Shown here in pieces: positions 62,592 through 64,000 of a stretch of 64,000 bases of DNA. The position numbers were made by a program, and so were the translations under genes. The first letter of the stretch is position 1, and the number at the start of each line of letters is the position of its first letter. Under the pieces are notes generated by a model. It saw only the letters and a program-made list of their open reading frames with translations. It made no database searches and had not been told where the DNA came from. The DNA comes from Lama glama. Taxonomy: Eukaryota. The stretch is taken from NCBI GenBank assembly GCA_028534125.1, contig CM052817.1:97900001-97964000 (forward strand), in the 5' to 3' direction.

Positions 62592-62850
62592 ATGAAAGGA
62601 AGTCCTCTTGGATAATGTTTAAGTGCCTAGACTCTGGGGTTAGATGGCCTGTGTTCATATCCAGATTCTACCACCAACTGGCTGTGTGACTTTGCATTTA
62701 TTATTTCATCCCTTTAAGCATCAGTTTTCTTGGGGATAAACTGGGAATTAAGATTCTATTTACCTCATAATATTGTGAAGATTAAAGGAAAGATAATATG
62801 CATAGAATACTTAGAACAGTGCTTGGATTATGGTAAATGTTCATTAACTG
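62592..62850 (+). mobile_element. MIR SINE, near full length
   Basis: 'agactctggggttagatggcctgtgttcatatccag...ctgtgtgactttg...tacctcataatattgtgaagattaaa...acttagaacagtgcttgg'. Confidence 0.85.
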
Positions 62851-63174
62851 GTGGCAGTTGAACATCATGACTTCCAAGGGCATGTGTGTGGGGGGAGCTA
62901 AAAGCTACCCTTTAAAAGCTGACTCCTGTTTCCCATGGCCATATGACCGTTTTCTTCTCATTTCTAAATATTCCCTATGAACATCTTTAAACACTTGGAT
63001 GTTATCTCTGTGGTTAATAAAGGAAATTCTTATCTTATTTAAAAATGTAAATTAGTTGAATGGTGAAATCTAGAATGAGATGCAGATTTGTTTTCCCTCT
63101 AGAAAATACCAGCTGTAGTCATCCACAGAATATCAGTTGCCATTACATCCATACATCCCCCCAAAATTGACAAA

Positions 63175-63430
63175 ATGTATCCCCTGCCAGGGCCTCAGGG
63201 GTATGCAATAAATAATACAAGAGTCCTATCCACAAGGAGTTTTTCTTCTGTAGAGAAGATAGGACAAATATCAAAGCAAATATAATGTGGAAAAGAATAA
63301 GTGCCTGAAACATAGGGACAAAGTATGTTTGGAGTTCAGAGGATGGTATGATCCCCTGAATCTGTTGATCAAAGCAAAATTCATGGCAGAGGTAGCTATT
63401 GAACCAGGCCTTGAGTGATAGGAAGACTTG
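63175..63430 (-). mobile_element. L2 fragment
   Basis: 'tgccagggcc...aagagtcctatccacaaggagttt...tcatggcagaggtagctattgaaccaggccttgagtgatagg'. Confidence 0.55.
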
Positions 63431-63444
63431 GTGTGATATTCAGA

Positions 63445-64000
63445 GGCACAAATATACAATGGAGAAAAGATAGTCTCTTTGGCAAGTGGTGTTGGGAAAG
63501 CTGGACAGCCTCATGTAAATCAATGAAGTCACAACATTCCCTCACACCATACACAAAAATAAACTCAAAATGGCTAAAAGACTTAAATATAAGACATAAC
63601 ATCATAAAACTCCTAGAAGAGAACATAGGCAAAACATTCTCTGACATAAACTGTAGCAATGTTTTCCCAGGTCAGTCTACCAAGGCAATAGAAATAAAAG
63701 CAAAAATAAACAAGTGGGACCTAATCAAACTTAAAAGCTTTTTCACAGCAAAGGAAACCATAAACAAAGTAAAAATACAATCTACGTATAGACTGGGAGA
63801 AAATATTTGCAAATGAAGCAACTGTCAAGGGCTTAACTTCCAGAATATACAAATAGCTCATACAATTCAATAACAAAAACCAAACAATGCAATCAAAAAA
63901 TGGGCATAAGACCTAAAGAGACATTCCTCCAATGAAGACATCCAGACAGCCAAGAGGCACATGAAAAAATGCTCAATATCACTAATTATTGGAGAAATGC
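63445..64000 (+). mobile_element. L1 ORF2 C-terminal region, frameshifted, runs off the window
   Basis: ORF 63415-63816 encodes '[17 protein letters not shown]...[18 protein letters not shown]...IKLLEENIG...[13 protein letters not shown]', canonical L1 ORF2p. Confidence 0.95.

Noticed and set aside
63415..63816. 133-aa ORF as a host gene
   Set aside because: It is L1 ORF2p C-terminal sequence from a truncated, frameshifted copy.

Overview
This is AT-rich mammalian genomic DNA, intergenic or deep-intronic. I recognise no protein-coding gene, RNA gene or CRISPR array. The lineage-specific repeats point to a cetartiodactyl, most likely a camelid: two tRNA-derived SINEs of the camelid vic-1 type, artiodactyl-type L1 3' tails, and no Alu, BovB/Bov-tA or PRE-1. 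Much of the window, especially ~23-52 kb, is interspersed repeats: MIR, L2, old L1M/L1ME, young 5'-truncated L1 tails with target-site duplications, MLT1 LTRs including one complete LTR-int-LTR MaLR, two ERV1-type LTR segments, a near full-length Tigger1, and hAT elements (MER5A, MER58A, MER112, MER45B). Almost all listed ORFs are spurious or TE-derived. The most notable observations are: (1) the longest ORF in the window (184 aa, 31303-31857, minus) is a relic of an ancient amniote CR1 LINE ORF2; (2) a 107-bp, 96% identical copy of a nearby MLT1D LTR segment sits inside Tigger1, a templated DNA-repair-type insertion; (3) one SINE carries a short 3' transduced tail ending in a Pol III terminator; (4) several repeat-free blocks look like conserved non-coding enhancers. 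Family names come from recalled consensus motifs, not a database search, and boundaries of old repeats are approximate. I found no evidence for a new multi-gene system.
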